A DNA stretch of 63,887 bases, counting the filler, from Octopus bimaculoides (taxonomy: Eukaryota), in NCBI RefSeq assembly GCF_001194135.2. It is 8 parts of 7 records of this genome, joined end to end, with 100 filler letters (N's around TTAATTAATTAA, not from the genome) between each part and the next. Parts side by side here need not be neighbours in the genome. Positions count along the whole stretch, not along the records: positions 46,858 to 51,804 come from NC_068996.1; positions 51,905 to 56,606 come from NC_068985.1; positions 56,707 to 62,384 come from NC_068984.1; positions 62,485 to 63,887 come from NC_068995.1; 4 more parts are not named here. The stretch is one strand, 5' to 3'. Below are positions 51,277-63,887 of this stretch, piece by piece. The notes under the pieces are model-generated. The model ran no database searches. It was not told where the DNA came from and saw only the letters and a program-made list of their open reading frames with translations. A program made the position numbers and the translations under genes. How positions within the stretch are numbered: the first letter of the stretch is position 1; every line of letters begins with the position of its first letter.

Positions 51277-51515
51277 AAGATCCTACCCGAGTCATGTAGT
51301 CTAATAAGGTCGGTTTCCTGATTTCCGTGGCGTATATATTTGAATGCTTTGACGGGACGCAGGTCTGTCACAGGACGCAGGTTTGTCAAGTTTGCCGGGT
51401 GAGTGGACTGGAACAACGTGAAATGAAGTGTTTTGCTCAAGAACACAACGCGTCACTCGGTTCAGGAATTGAAACCATCTTACGATCATGATTCCAACCA
51501 CTTATCCACGCGGCT
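51277..51515 (-). mobile_element. tRNA-derived SINE (family S3, CORE/V-like centre)
   Basis: Reverse complement gccgcgtggataagtggtt...ggtttcaattcc (A/B boxes) then gtgttcttgagcaaaacacttcatttcacgttgttccagtccac. Confidence 0.7.
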
Positions 51516-51599
51516 CAACTATATCTTTATATATCCGTATATATATATAAGGCAAGATGTGTGTGTGTGTGTGTGTGTGTACGTGAATGTAGTTTATGC

Positions 51600-51790
51600 A
51601 CGTCCACAAATTAGCACGCATGTCGCTCCAATTTTAGGAGGACATTAGTCATGACCCTATCTGCATTTTCGTCAACTTTTTCTCTCAGATGCACCCGCGT
51701 ATAGCTGTAAAAATCGATTTTCAACCATAACTTTTACCAATTTTGAAGTTTGTTGACATGGCGAAGTCAAACTGTGCGTACGCGCGTCAA
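51600..51790. other. unclassified interspersed-repeat-like segment
   Basis: Non-simple island between microsatellites (aaaaatcgattttcaaccataactttt); class not determined. Confidence 0.25.
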
Positions 51791-51904
51791 AGAGAGAGAG
51801 AGAGNNNNNNNNNNNNNNNNNNNNNNNNNNNNNNNNNNNNNNNNNNNNTTAATTAATTAANNNNNNNNNNNNNNNNNNNNNNNNNNNNNNNNNNNNNNNN
51901 NNNN

Positions 51905-52150
<246 letters not shown>

Positions 52151-52561
52151 ATGTCTGCACCACGATTGAACTTACAAAGTAATTATTGCATGTGTTCGTA
52201 CTTTTCCTATGTTACTTGTTAACAATGAATATCCGTCTAAACTAGTTTGAAAATTCCTTTTCATGTAACCAACAGGTTTCCGTCGAGTGTATTTCAGAGT
52301 CACGCCTTTAACATCAAGATCCGTGTTTCATTCGTTGTTGAATATATCACGGATTTTATAGAATGCACAATCATCTAGGAGCTAGCCCTTCCCTAAATGC
52401 TAGCCATGTGACTATGTATGAAAATATATACAGAGTTACGTACTTACGTACGTAAGTATGTAGATGTTTCTGCGCAAAACATTCATTCATTAATTTATTC
52501 ATTCATACATTCATACATACATCCATACTACATACATGCACTCTCCCCCACACACATATAT

Positions 52562-52667
52562 AAAACGTCAAAGACTTTCCGTATTCCCGAGCGTCATACT
52601 AATACATCCTTTTGTTATTTACACCACCTGTCCTCGTCTGTTGTTGTTTTTTCGTATATTCTCCCAT
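52562..52667 (+). mobile_element. family A copy 3, starting at the HHR GAAAC position
   Basis: Near-identical to 9985-10087. Confidence 0.8.
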
Positions 52668-52780
52668 ATATAAACGTATATATATGTATGTGTGCGTGCG
52701 TGTGTGTGTATCGGAGCTAGATCTCACTAAACCCTTACCATATATATATGAGTGTATATAGGTAGTTACGTATTCACGTG

Positions 52781-52821
<41 letters not shown>

Positions 52822-52902
52822 GTCTTTCTCTTCTCTTCTCTCTCTTTTTATCTCCTCGCATACATACAAATGCAGAAGGAGGCGTTTACAGGNNNNNNNN
52901 NN

Positions 52903-52939
<37 letters not shown>

Positions 52940-53057
52940 GTCTTTCTCTTCTCTTCTCTCTCTTTTTATCTCCTCACATACATACAAATGCAGAAGGAGG
53001 CGTTTACAGGGCTACGGAAATACTCACTGGCCTAAGTTAATATATTTAGATACCATG

Positions 53058-53276
53058 GCGGTGAGCTGACAGAAACGTTAGTACGCCGGGCGAAAAGTTT
53101 AGCGGCATTTCATCTGTCTTTACGTTCTGAGATCAAATTCTGCCGAGTTCGACTTTGCTTTCATCCTTTCGGGGCCAATAAATTAAGTATCTATCAGTTC
53201 CGTACTGAGGTCGATCTAATCGACTGGCCCCTTCCCCCAAAATTTCGGGCCTTGTGCCAAAAGTAGAAAAGAATAT
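53058..53276 (+). mobile_element. SINE S2, full length
   Basis: ggcggtgagctgacagaaacgttag...aaaatttcgggccttgtgccaaaagtagaaaaga. Confidence 0.88.
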
Positions 53277-54174
53277 ATTTAGATACCAGGATCTGAGGAA
53301 TGCATTATAATTGACACGAAAAATATTAGATAAAAAAACTCTAATGATGAAAACGCCCCTGCATGCTGGAGTTATTAAAAAGTGAAAATTCCGTAAAAAT
53401 TTCATAAGAACATGCAGTTAAGTTCCGCATTCTAATACTTAACCAACCTCAGAAGCCAAGTAATTCTTTTCATCATATATTTCCTACATACTGAAGCAAC
53501 TATTATTAACTCAATACAACCTTTCTGTGGTCTGACAACCTGTTAACGGAATAATGAATACCTATATGCTATTTTGAATCTTTATTGACCTCAATTGAGC
53601 TGACTATCATAGTTTTATGTGTACACACACATGCACACATATACATACGTGTGCATGCACATACGATACACTTTTCATTATAGATACACTAAACACACAG
53701 TCACACACATGCATACATACACGTGTGTGAATGCGTGTGTGCCTGCGTGTGTGTCTATGTCTTTGTGTGTATATATATATATATATATTATAAATGTTTA
53801 TTTTTATGTTCATTTATAATAAAAACGATTTCACATTAATCTGATGGGATACTCTATACTTTTGTGGAGTACAAAGTTATTATTCGTATACAAGAATACT
53901 GTTGACAGCCGGCCAAAACTTTGAAGTCACTGTTTACTCCTGTTCACTTTTGAGAAATATCATGCTCTCTGGAAATGTCCTTTATGCCTCTCGTCTGGCA
54001 CTTGACAAAAGCAGCATCTCTCACGAAATACAAACCACTTCCCCACTCAGATGGCTGTCCCATATTCTACTGACTCGACTTGGCTATCCCAGAAAGCAAC
54101 AACCTTGGAGTGGGCACTTAAACTACGCGTTAAAAAAAGGGGGAGGCGGAGGTAAGTCACTGGTTGATGATTTT

Positions 54175-54530
54175 TCTTGTTTCAATCATTAGACTGCGGC
54201 CATGCTGGGTTACCACCTTGAAAAATTTTTAGTCGATTGAATCGACCCCAGTACTTATTCTAGCGATCTGTTTTGTCGAACCGCAATGTTACAGGGACGT
54301 AAACATACCAACACCGGTTGTCACGCGGTGGTGGGGGACAAACATAGACACAAAAACACAATACACGCAACACATCCACACACAGATAGAAGCACCCCCT
54401 ACTAAATCTACTCACAAAGATTTGGTCAGCCCGAGGTTAAAGTAGAAGACAGTTGTTCAAGATGCCATGAAGAGGGGCCGAACCTGGAACTATGTGGTTG
54501 TTAAGTAAGCTTCTTACAATACACCTGTGG
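54175..54530 (-). mobile_element. SINE S1, full length
   Basis: Head, centre and tail recognisable; see other S1 copies. Confidence 0.8.
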
Positions 54531-55404
54531 TAAAGATAATAGCTAAAGTCACCTTAAAAACACACTCTAAACCGCAAAAACGAAGGATGCATTGGACAAT
54601 AGAGCACTGCATATATAAATAAACAGAGTAGTATTTAGTGGAATATTCTGAGAACAAGTCTACTGGATTAGCGCTGGTGTAGGGCTATATAGATAACCGC
54701 CACAACAGGAACATTAAAAAAAATGGCAACAAAGAAAACAATTATAACGATTGTACTTAGAGCCTTGCGTACCGTACGTAATTAGGACAAAGTCAACGAT
54801 TAATCACCATTGCATACTGACACAGTATATAACGCTCCTTTGACGGAAGCAATCACTAATGACAGTCAATCTACCTACGGCTCAGCATATTGGAGTGATA
54901 GTGGATCACTCCTGTTTGGCCTAATTGTGTTAACCTGTAACATCACTGACGAATGTCGATATAAGTCACCGATCGAAGCATTGATAGGTACCGTTTTCAA
55001 AACCGGAAAAGAAACCCCAACCCTAAATAACAACAAAACAAATGAAAGCAATTAAGTCAAGTGCAACGACAATTACAATGCTGTATTGATGATGTATATT
55101 AACGACGAAAGACGATAGAGCAACTATATGGATATATGAACATCACTTTCGTCATGTTTGATGTTGCGTTCCACTAAATTCAAACATGAATAATTGAATA
55201 ATTAATGTTCTCCCATGACTAATAACATAAAGAATCCTAAGCATTATATTTATATGGATATATGTTTGTGTTCGAGTGTGAGTGTGTGTGCTCGTGAGTG
55301 TATGTAAGTATGTGTGTGTGTGTGTGCGTAGTATATATATATGGCAGTATCTGTGTGGTATATATAGGCGTGTGTATGTGTAAAAATAGGTGGTATATGC
55401 GTTA

Positions 55405-55452
<48 letters not shown>

Positions 55453-55678
55453 GGATGTCTGTATCTGTGTACATATGTATACATTTATGCATATATTTAT
55501 GGAGGTATGTTTATATGTGTACGTGTTTACTCTAATACTTTCTTTTTGGTTTCCGCCATAAGTCCATGCTCATATATATGTGTATGTTTATATATATGTA
55601 TCTTTCATCTCTTACTTCTCTCAATTATTGCATTGTGCCCATGGTGGGGCACTATTTTCTATGTGTATACGTTTGATT

Positions 55679-55727
<49 letters not shown>

Positions 55728-56706
55728 GTGTATGTTTGACCGTNNNNNNNNNNTGTGTGTATGTGCGTGTGTGTGTGTTTGACCGTGCAGAAACAAATGT
55801 GTTGTGCTATTAAAACTTGTTATCTTCCATTCTCGTGTTATAAATATCCTACTATTACTTTTATGTAAAGACGAGTTCTGCATGTCTATCCAGTTCTAGA
55901 ATAACTTGTGATTGCCAAAATGACGACATAAGAGGTTTTAAATGCAAGTTTCGAGCTTTTCACTCAAATTATACTATATACATACATATATATATATATA
56001 TAGTGTTTGTTTTGAGGGAGGATAGTGAAGAAGGGTGTCCCTTTAGAATCCACTTTGTTGCGGTACTGCATTCTCATTCGGAAATAAGGAGGCGGAACTT
56101 TTATAAAATTCTACAATAGCAACGTGATCGAAATAGCCTGCCATGCTATACTGGCGCCAGTCCCTTTAGAAATATCCAGATATAAATCATTACATTTTAG
56201 TCCCGTCTTCGGTTTGTGTGTGTGTGTACATGCACATACACGTACGCGTACATGTTTGTATGTGAGTGTGCGTGTATTATGTACCCACAAATAACACCGT
56301 TCACTCTGCACACGCTTTCTCTTCTCCGCACAATCCTACATCGCCTCTTTGACAACTTTCATCATAGCTATTCATACAAACTTTCAGACCCCTTCACACG
56401 TATTTCCTTTCTCTCTACTCACTAAGCAATTGCATACACCGGCATCTATACTTCACTTACCAAGGCTACCAAATTTAACACACACACACGCACACATGTA
56501 TACACATACATTATATCTCTTTAATATACGTGCCTACACCATCTCACTTGACGCCCGCTACCAGGCACACACACACACACGCACACACACACACACACAC
56601 ACACACNNNNNNNNNNNNNNNNNNNNNNNNNNNNNNNNNNNNNNNNNNNNTTAATTAATTAANNNNNNNNNNNNNNNNNNNNNNNNNNNNNNNNNNNNNN
56701 NNNNNN

Positions 56707-57009
56707 AAAGAGAGTCACTCACTGTTATAGTTTCTGTAATGACAATATTGACCAAGGCTACCGTGGTCTTTTCCGTAGGCTTTTCTTTCCATGGCTAAAC
56801 CTAAACTGTCCTCCCCTCTTTTTACACGAGAACATTACTGTGTGATACACGATCCCTTTTGATCGAACTTCCCCCTTTTTCCCTTCCTATGATCCCTTTT
56901 GATCGACTCACCCCTATTGTTTTTTTTTTCCTTCCCCCTCCCAAAAAGAAAAGCTCTACATTGTATTTGTCCCATCTTTGTTGAGCCCTGTGTGGCTAAT
57001 AAAAGAAAT
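56707..57009 (+). mobile_element. LINE 3' UTR/tail (probably Tx1-like)
   Basis: Pyrimidine-rich UTR with duplicated gatcccttttgatcga, ending ttgtcccatctttgttgagccctgtgtggctaataaaagaaat; clade is inference. Confidence 0.5.
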
Positions 57010-57504
57010 GTATCTATAATCTATTCATCTATCTATATGCTTAACTACGTAGTTATTTGAAGTAAGCTTATTTAATGCCTCGTCACCATGCAATAAATAT
57101 GTTTGCACTAAATTATCTATTGCTGCTGGCTCGCACTTGGCTAATTGTCCAACTCTATAACTGTCTTTAACTTGAACAGTTACAATAGATCATGAGTTCT
57201 TTCAAGACATATGGGGAATTAGGTCACATGAAATATAGCAGCTTCACTTTAAATCTTACTATCATGGCTGATTGCATCAAGGTGTGAGGAAAGAGTCATA
57301 ACTTTAGCCATTTATTTCTTTACTCTCTTATTGCTTTCAGTCAATGGGTTGCGGCCATGTTGTGATATCACCTTGAGGGCTTTAGCAGATCACATCAACC
57401 CTGGCATTTATTACAATCTGGTATTTATTTTATCCAGTTTTGTTAAGGGAATCATTAAGGTAGACATTCACATGAAGAGGTGTACATTAAAACACTTATA
57501 GATT

Positions 57505-57560
57505 ATATACAAGGAGGTGGTGAAAAGTTCCTGGCTTTGGGTAAAAGAAGATACAGGAGG
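57505..57560 (+). mobile_element. mariner-like TIR fragment
   Basis: tatacaaggaggtggtgaaaagttcctggc resembles mariner termini; no partner TIR found. Confidence 0.3.
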
Positions 57561-58309
57561 ATCAGTTAATTATGATTTTATTCTGTGGTGTTATGGGCTG
57601 TGATGAGCTATGTGGTGTTGGTGGAGAGGGATTGCAGATGAAGCAAATGGAAGTGAAGACCGGAAGGGCCAGCGGAAGTCGGTCACACGCGGATGCGTGG
57701 ACAGCAAGCACATGTGGGGAGTTCAAACAGAGATGACGTACGTAGAAGACGTGGTTTGATCTGGAGCGATCGTTTATCCCGCCACGGTCGACAAGGAGTT
57801 GGTTTTGTAGCAAGATGCAGTCTTAGTGACCAAGAGGATTGGCTTCCTTGATGGCTTTAATATTCTCTGAAGGTGCAGTTTGGAGACTCCGAGAAAGTAC
57901 TGCAAATTTAAAGGTGTAAGCTTAGGTCAAGCTAAATAATAAGGTGCAGTAGATGATCCCAAGATTTCTGCCAGATATCCAGTCAGGGAGTCCACAAGAG
58001 GCTATTAGGAAACAGAATCATTTAGAAGAAACAATTAAACAGTGCTTTCTTTGACTGGTGAATCCTGAGTTTGCTTTCCTGTAGAAGACAGAATATATTA
58101 TCAAGACATAATAATGAAAAATGGAGAGCTGCACATCTTTAAAATTTATTTAATGAAATAAGTCATTTTTTTCATATTACATTCCAGAATAATATGAAGA
58201 AAATATTTTTTATTAAATAATGTTTTTATTAAAAATAATTTTATTTAATAAATTTTATGTGACACTGAATCCATTCTAATGGCCTAAGTCCATTATGTAA
58301 ATCCAGATA

Positions 58310-58655
58310 AGAAAATTATTGAAGAGTTCCTGTTTGCTGGAAAAATGGTACTAGACACAAAAGGTTCTACAATTTTTATGATTGTTAAAGATTTTTTTGT
58401 TAATGTTTAGAATGTTCATATAAAAATATGCAACAGATGGAACACCAGCTATGAAAGGCCATTATTGGTGGATATATAAAACATTTATAGGAAACAGTGC
58501 CACATATATTTGCAGTTCACTATGTTATTCATTGAGAACACTTGGCTACAAAATATCTTGGTGGAAGATTACATAATGCATTGAATGATGTAATTAAAAC
58601 AGTAAATAAAATCAAGACCCATTCACTGAATGATTGTATCTTTTGGAAGTGTAGT
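58310..58655 (+). mobile_element. hAT (Buster/Charlie-like) transposase fragment
   Basis: EEFLFA..LDTKGSTIF..VKDFF, ATDGTPAM, HYVIH*EHLATKYLGGRLHNALNDVIKTVNKIK. Confidence 0.8.
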
Positions 58656-58667
58656 GGGAATAATCAA

Positions 58668-58705
<38 letters not shown>

Positions 58706-58817
58706 ACACCACCACCACCACCACCACCACNNNNNNNNNNNNNNNNNNNNNNNNNNNNNNNNNNNNNNNNNNNNNNNNNNNNNNNNNNNNNNNNATCATC
58801 ATCATCATCATCATCAA

Positions 58818-59045
58818 GGCGGTGAGCTGGCAGAATTGTTAGCACGCCAGGTGAAATGTTTAGCAGTATTTCGCCTGCCGCTATGTTCAGAGTTCAAATT
58901 CTGCTGAGGTCGACTTTGTCTTTCAACCTTTCAGGGTCAATAAATTAAGTACCAGTGAAACACTGAGGTTGATGTAATCGACTAGTCCCCTCCCCACAAA
59001 TTTCAGGCCTTGTGCTTATAGTAGAAAAGATTATTATTATCATTA
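58818..59045 (+). mobile_element. SINE S2, full length, (ATT)n tail
   Basis: ggcggtgagctggcagaattgttagc...gagttcaaattc...aaatttcaggccttgtgc. Confidence 0.88.
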
Positions 59046-59521
59046 TTATTATTAGTAGTAGTAGTAGAAGCAGCAGCATAGCAGACAGTGGATTCAGTGC
59101 AGCCTGCAGACTAATGATTTAAGCTTGTTGTTCATTGATTGATCCTTTGTCAAGTAAGCGGAGTTGCATTTTATTTTGTTATAGCTTTATGCTTTTCTGT
59201 TTCATCATACAAAGCAAGCTATTTGTAAACCCATGTTATATTTTTTATCTACTTAGATATTAAGATAATCTGCTAAGAGATTTAGTTAATACAGTGTTTG
59301 TGGATAAAACTAATTTAATTCAATCATTATTTTTTTTTTAAAAATTAGATTGCTCATGTAATTAATTTAATTATTCATAAATGTAAGAATGGAAATTTAT
59401 CTCATGCTATGAAATCACCATCATCATCATTATCATTGTTTAACATCTGCCTATAATGCTGGCATGGGTGGGATTAAATATCCTATTTTATAACTGGCAG
59501 ATGGCGGTATTGATTTATGAA

Positions 59522-59825
59522 CATCATCATCATCATCATCATCATCGTTTAACGTCCGCTTTCCATGCTAGCATGGGTTGGACGATTTGATTGAGGACTG
59601 GTGAAACTGGATGGCAACACCAGGCTCCAATCTAATTTGGCAGAGTTTCTACAGCCGGATGCCCTTCCTAACGCCAACCACTCAGAGAGTGTAGTGGGTG
59701 CTTTTACGCGTCACCCGCACGAAAACGGCCACGCTCGAAATGGTATCTTTTATGTGTCACCCGCACAAGAACCAGTCCAGGGGCACTGGCAACGATCTCG
59801 CTCGAAAACCCTACAAAGGCCAGTC
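59522..59825 (-). mobile_element. RTE-type 3' end / RTE-tailed SINE with (TGA)n tail
   Basis: (CAT)n-cgtttaacgtccgctttccatgctagcatgggttggacg and gatgcccttcctaacgccaacc, an RTE 3' motif. Confidence 0.75.
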
Positions 59826-60178
59826 TGATAATATTTTTTATAGATAAAATAAATCTATTAACATGCAAACACTTAACTTCACTTAGTAAATAGACACTTC
59901 AGTTAACCAATAACACTCCCTCTCTCTCTCTTTCTCTCTCCTCATTTTCGCAGAACAGCTCAGCTAAATTAGCATTGTTTGTTTTTGACCAGCTTTCTAG
60001 AGTATCTAGTGCATTGTGCTCCACAAAATCATAAAACAGCTTATAGCTATTTTATTATAAATACTACAACTTAACATTTGCTACATTTATTCATTTGCAC
60101 CATGCTAATTAACTAAAGTACTCAGCCAGTGAACATGCTGATATGCAAATGAGTAGAATCAACAAATGCTATTCATAG

Positions 60179-60319
60179 CATTTTTGATGAAAGCTGTAAG
60201 ATGCATTATTTCTCTGTAAACTGGAAGAGTGTAGACATTCTCGATAAAGCGGAACAAAAACTAGGCGAAGTTAATCCAGTTGAGTTGTTTTTCTGGTTTG
60301 TTCTGCAGAGGGAAGTTCT
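60179..60319 (+). CDS. candidate exon (IFDESCKMHYFSVNWKSVDILDKAEQKLGEVNPVELFFWFVLQREV)
   Basis: 141 nt, open in phase 2, perfect CT|gtaagt donor; alternatively an 11-nt microexon 60309-60319. Confidence 0.3.
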
Positions 60320-60436
60320 GTAAGTTAAGTGCAGACTGGTTATGCAGCTATAAATATCATCATTGTTGTCCATTACCATCCCTGCTGTTACTGCCTCTGC
60401 CATCACCATCACCTCTATCATCATTTTAACATGCAG

Positions 60437-60503
60437 TTTTCCATTGAAGAAGATTTCCTTCAGCCAGATGGTCTTTCTGTCACTAGTCCTCATCTGTTTC
60501 CAA
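60437..60503 (+). CDS. candidate exon (FPLKKISFSQMVFLSLVLICFQ or FSIEEDFLQPDGLSVTSPHLFP)
   Basis: tcattttaacatgcag acceptor, CAA|gtaagc donor, 117-nt intron from the previous candidate. Confidence 0.3.
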
Positions 60504-60751
60504 GTAAGCTAATATTTCCCCATAACCAGACATGGAAGACTGGAAACAATGAATGCTGCTTGTATGATGGTGACTCTCATTTACACCTATTATACAATGT
60601 CAAGGCAAGGAGACAGTAACAAACATTTATCCTTATATATGTGTGTATATATATGTCTATCTATCTATCTGTCTGTCTGTCTACCTATCTAACTACCTAC
60701 CTACCTACCTATCTACCTTTCTATCTGTCTGTCTGTCTGTCCATCCGACCA

Positions 60752-60785
<34 letters not shown>

Positions 60786-60919
60786 CCACATTTTCACACC
60801 TACGCATACACACATGCACACGTCAAGATCACCAGCACTCTCTCACACATGCACACCTTCGTTTTGGGATCACTACTACTTTGTTATCTCTCCTTCTTCT
60901 TAACTCTCCTGTGTGACCC

Positions 60920-61111
60920 TTCTGTTCGGCATTTTCCATGATAGATTGCTAACCACCACACACATTTTTTTCTCTCCTTGTTTCTTTCTGTGTTCCTTTC
61001 TGTGGAAGAGCGTAGGCTTAAAGACTTTTTCAATTCCCGAGCATTATACTAATACATCTGTTTGTTTTCTACACCACCTGTCTTCATGTGTTGTTTTTTT
61101 GTGAATTCTCC

Positions 61112-61112
<1 letters not shown>
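60920..61112 (+). mobile_element. family A copy 4 (HHR relic lacking GAAAC)
   Basis: cttt-CTGtgGAA-gagc gtag gct-[del]-taaagac...cccgagca..atactaatacatc..caccacctgtc. Confidence 0.7.
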
Positions 61113-61173
<61 letters not shown>

Positions 61174-61414
61174 GGACGGACGGTAGACGTGTCGGCTCCG
61201 TAAGTTTTGCCTTTTTATATTTTAAAAAGTTTCTTTGTAAAGTTTATTTTTATATAGAAAGTTGTATAACAACTTATAGAATCTCTGGTGCAAGTTTTTT
61301 GCNNNNNNNNNNNNNNNNNNNNNNNNNNNNNNNNNNNNNNNNNNNNNNNNNNNNNNNNNNNNNNNNNNNNNNNNNNNNNNNNNNNNTCTTCCTTCCTCAC
61401 AGTTAAACGAGAGA

Positions 61415-62384
61415 ATGGAGAAAAAGAAAAAAGAATTTACACACACAAATTCAAGTGTTAACACCGCCACCACCACCACCACCAACAACAAAAACAAAAC
61501 TGTAACCAAGGTTACAAAACAGAACATAGACAATGTCTCCAAAGAATCTGACGTCAGCACCAATTCTGGTGACGACATCATTACCACCACCACCACCAAC
61601 AACGACAACAAAAACAACAGCAGCAGCAGCAACAGTTCAACTCAACCTTTGCTCTCTTCACCAGCAGCAAGCGAAAGAGAGGAAGGAAAAAGCCACAATA
61701 CCACTGACACAAATACCACATCTGCCACCAATACCAGTGCCAGCACCATCAACAACAATAACAAAAACAAAAACTTTACTGAAGCTTTGAAGCAAAGTGA
61801 AACTGTTGTGTCCTACACGACAAAGGAAATTATAGAAACGAGGAAGTTGATTACCAAAGAAAACGGTGAAGTACATTTGAATATACCACAACACATATTA
61901 GAGGAAACAAATAGGAAAACAATAATTTATAAAATAATAAACACAAAAAGTAGAAGGCCGGAACAGGCCAGTATAGACAAGATCGAAAGATGCTTGAGAT
62001 CTATTTGGGACAAAAAATCCTATATCACTTATTATAGGTTTGCACAAGTTCAGGTGATTTTTCGAAATGAAGAGTTGGCGAAGACGTATTCAACGCTAAC
62101 TCTTCACACACCTGAAATAACAATGTTACCCAGTTACCTTGGCCAAAAGGTACAAAGGTAACAATAAAGCACGCACCTCCAACAATCGACACACTATGGT
62201 TGATATCGGCCATATGTGTTGATATGGACAACATTAAGATACTGAAAATAAACGTTGGAGAGAGCAATTGGACCGGAAAAAGCATGCAAATCTTGTTCCA
62301 CACAAACGAACAAGAAATCAAAAAAATCCCACCATACATCCGTTTGGCAACAAACCAAAAGTTGCATATAGTAGTAGAGGGCAA
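61415..62384 (+). mobile_element. Tx1/L1-like ORF1 (low-complexity N-terminus, frameshift near 62150)
   Basis: T/N/S-rich N-terminus, FTEALKQ, RRM-like YYRFAQVQVIFRNEELAK, PSYLG, then shifted frame ...LATNQKLHIVVEG at the gap; assignment inferred from ORF1 architecture. Confidence 0.65.
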
Positions 62385-62529
62385 NNNNNNNNNNNNNNNN
62401 NNNNNNNNNNNNNNNNNNNNNNNNNNNNTTAATTAATTAANNNNNNNNNNNNNNNNNNNNNNNNNNNNNNNNNNNNNNNNNNNNATATGTACATATATGA
62501 TGTGTGCGTGTGTGTCTGTGTGTGTGTGT

Positions 62530-62995
62530 TAGTCTGCTGGCTGCCATCCAAAGGGCGTAAAAGAAAAATATGCTTCTGAACGAGGACAAATTCGAGTTGA
62601 TCCACTTCGGAAAAGAGGATACCCTGAAACTCCCATAGTCCCTTCCTTCAGGTGAAGCCCTTCATGGCATCCAACAATATCAGAGGTTTGGGAGTAATTG
62701 TGGACAACAACATAAGCTGGGCCGTTCATATAAACAGCAAAGTTGACATGGCCTGAAGAATGTGTTCCTGGATTCTCAGAACTTTCCAGTCGAGAGATAT
62801 CCGCATCGTTATCTTTCTCTTCTCTACTTTTGCCTGACTCCATCTTGAATACTGTTGCCCACTGTGGTCTCCCCACACGAAACAAAGTATCATGAATATT
62901 GAAGCACCTCAAAGATCAATCACAAAAAAAAAGATAGCATGACAGGCCTTGACTATTGGGGTCGACTAGAAAAGCTCAAGCTTTATTCTCTATGC
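62530..62995 (+). mobile_element. CR1/L2-clade LINE RT C-terminal fragment
   Basis: MLLNEDKFELIHFG, LGVIVDNNISWAVHI, ILRTFQSR, HLEYCCPLWSPH, LDYWGRLEKLKLYS. Confidence 0.9.
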
Positions 62996-63616
62996 ATCTA
63001 TGTATATATATGTGTATATATGCAATCGATGTATGTGTAAGATCTCACAGTACTGAAACACACGCTAATTACATGCATAAATGCAAACATATGTTCATAT
63101 CCTACAATACACACACTCACACACACATACACACACACATATGTACAAATACTTATCCACACACACACACGCACACATGTACATATACTCACACACACAC
63201 GCAGACAAGGAACAGACAGAGGCATACATAAAGTTTTACTGTGTGCGGTGTCGGTTATTCTTTTTACATCAAAAATAGAGTCAACAGAACATCGCAATTT
63301 GTCGCCCCTTATCTTTTATCCCCTTTTTTGTTTTTCTTTATTTTCTTTCATTACCAAATTGCTGGAAACGTTGATATGGAATATAATAGCCTGAAAAAAT
63401 TAAAGAGAATTACATGATAACCAAAAGCTATTAAACAGCTCTGGGTCACGTACACCCAGAGGGCAACCACCCACGTTTTGTTTAGCTTCTTGCTGTCAAC
63501 ATTGTTTTCCTATCATTATCTTACATTTTAATGCCACCCCGCCAAAAATTATTTTAAAATGCGTCTTGGGTAAACCCCCTCTCCGTCTTTATAAATAATT
63601 ATTATCATTACTATTA

Positions 63617-63617
63617 T

Positions 63618-63686
<69 letters not shown>
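63617..63686. repeat. (TAG)n microsatellite
   Basis: Direct. Confidence 0.95.
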
Positions 63687-63687
<1 letters not shown>

Positions 63688-63837
63688 TTGCTAAAATAAC
63701 TAGATTTTAGGAATGTTTAGAATTTATGCATTTAAAATATGACTGAGAGTTGTTTATTTTGACAGGAAATAAAAATGTCTTAGAAGAGGAACAGTGAAAA
63801 TTGCAACAACCACATGATAAAAGATGTGTATGTATAT

Positions 63838-63887
<50 letters not shown>

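Noticed and set aside
52790-53008. ~105-bp tandem duplicate across a 10-N gap (similarly 55720-55783)
   Set aside because: Typical unmerged contig overlap.
54940-54995. ATCA-CTGACGA...GAAGC-AT-TGAT
   Set aside because: GAAA broken, weak helix II, no proper NUH spacing.

Overview
AT-rich, gap-ridden, microsatellite-dense animal genomic DNA. The SINE types and repeat make-up suggest a cephalopod such as Octopus (inference only). There is no prokaryotic content and no intact long gene. Most recognisable sequence is decayed transposons: tRNA-headed SINEs, RTE, Dong/R4 (RLE), Tx1/L1 and CR1 LINE fragments, Tc1/mariner and hAT relics, two palindromic MITE-like elements and a Penelope-like (PLE) GIY-YIG fragment. 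The main hidden signal is a set of sequence-unrelated minimal type I hammerhead ribozyme (HHR) motifs. One has an intact core (29988-30074, minus), three have near-intact cores (12197-12241, 13032-13087, 15964-16026, all minus), and there is a four-copy family with degenerate cores. All motifs that retain helix III have a palindromic or near-palindromic one, suggesting dimer-dependent cleavage. One HHR lies directly downstream of a PLE endonuclease whose GIY and YIG motifs are separated by a ~130-aa Asn/Ser-rich insert. Several exon-like segments with good splice signals hint at an unidentified plus-strand host gene (low confidence). The TTAATTAATTAA islands inside N runs are assembly linkers.
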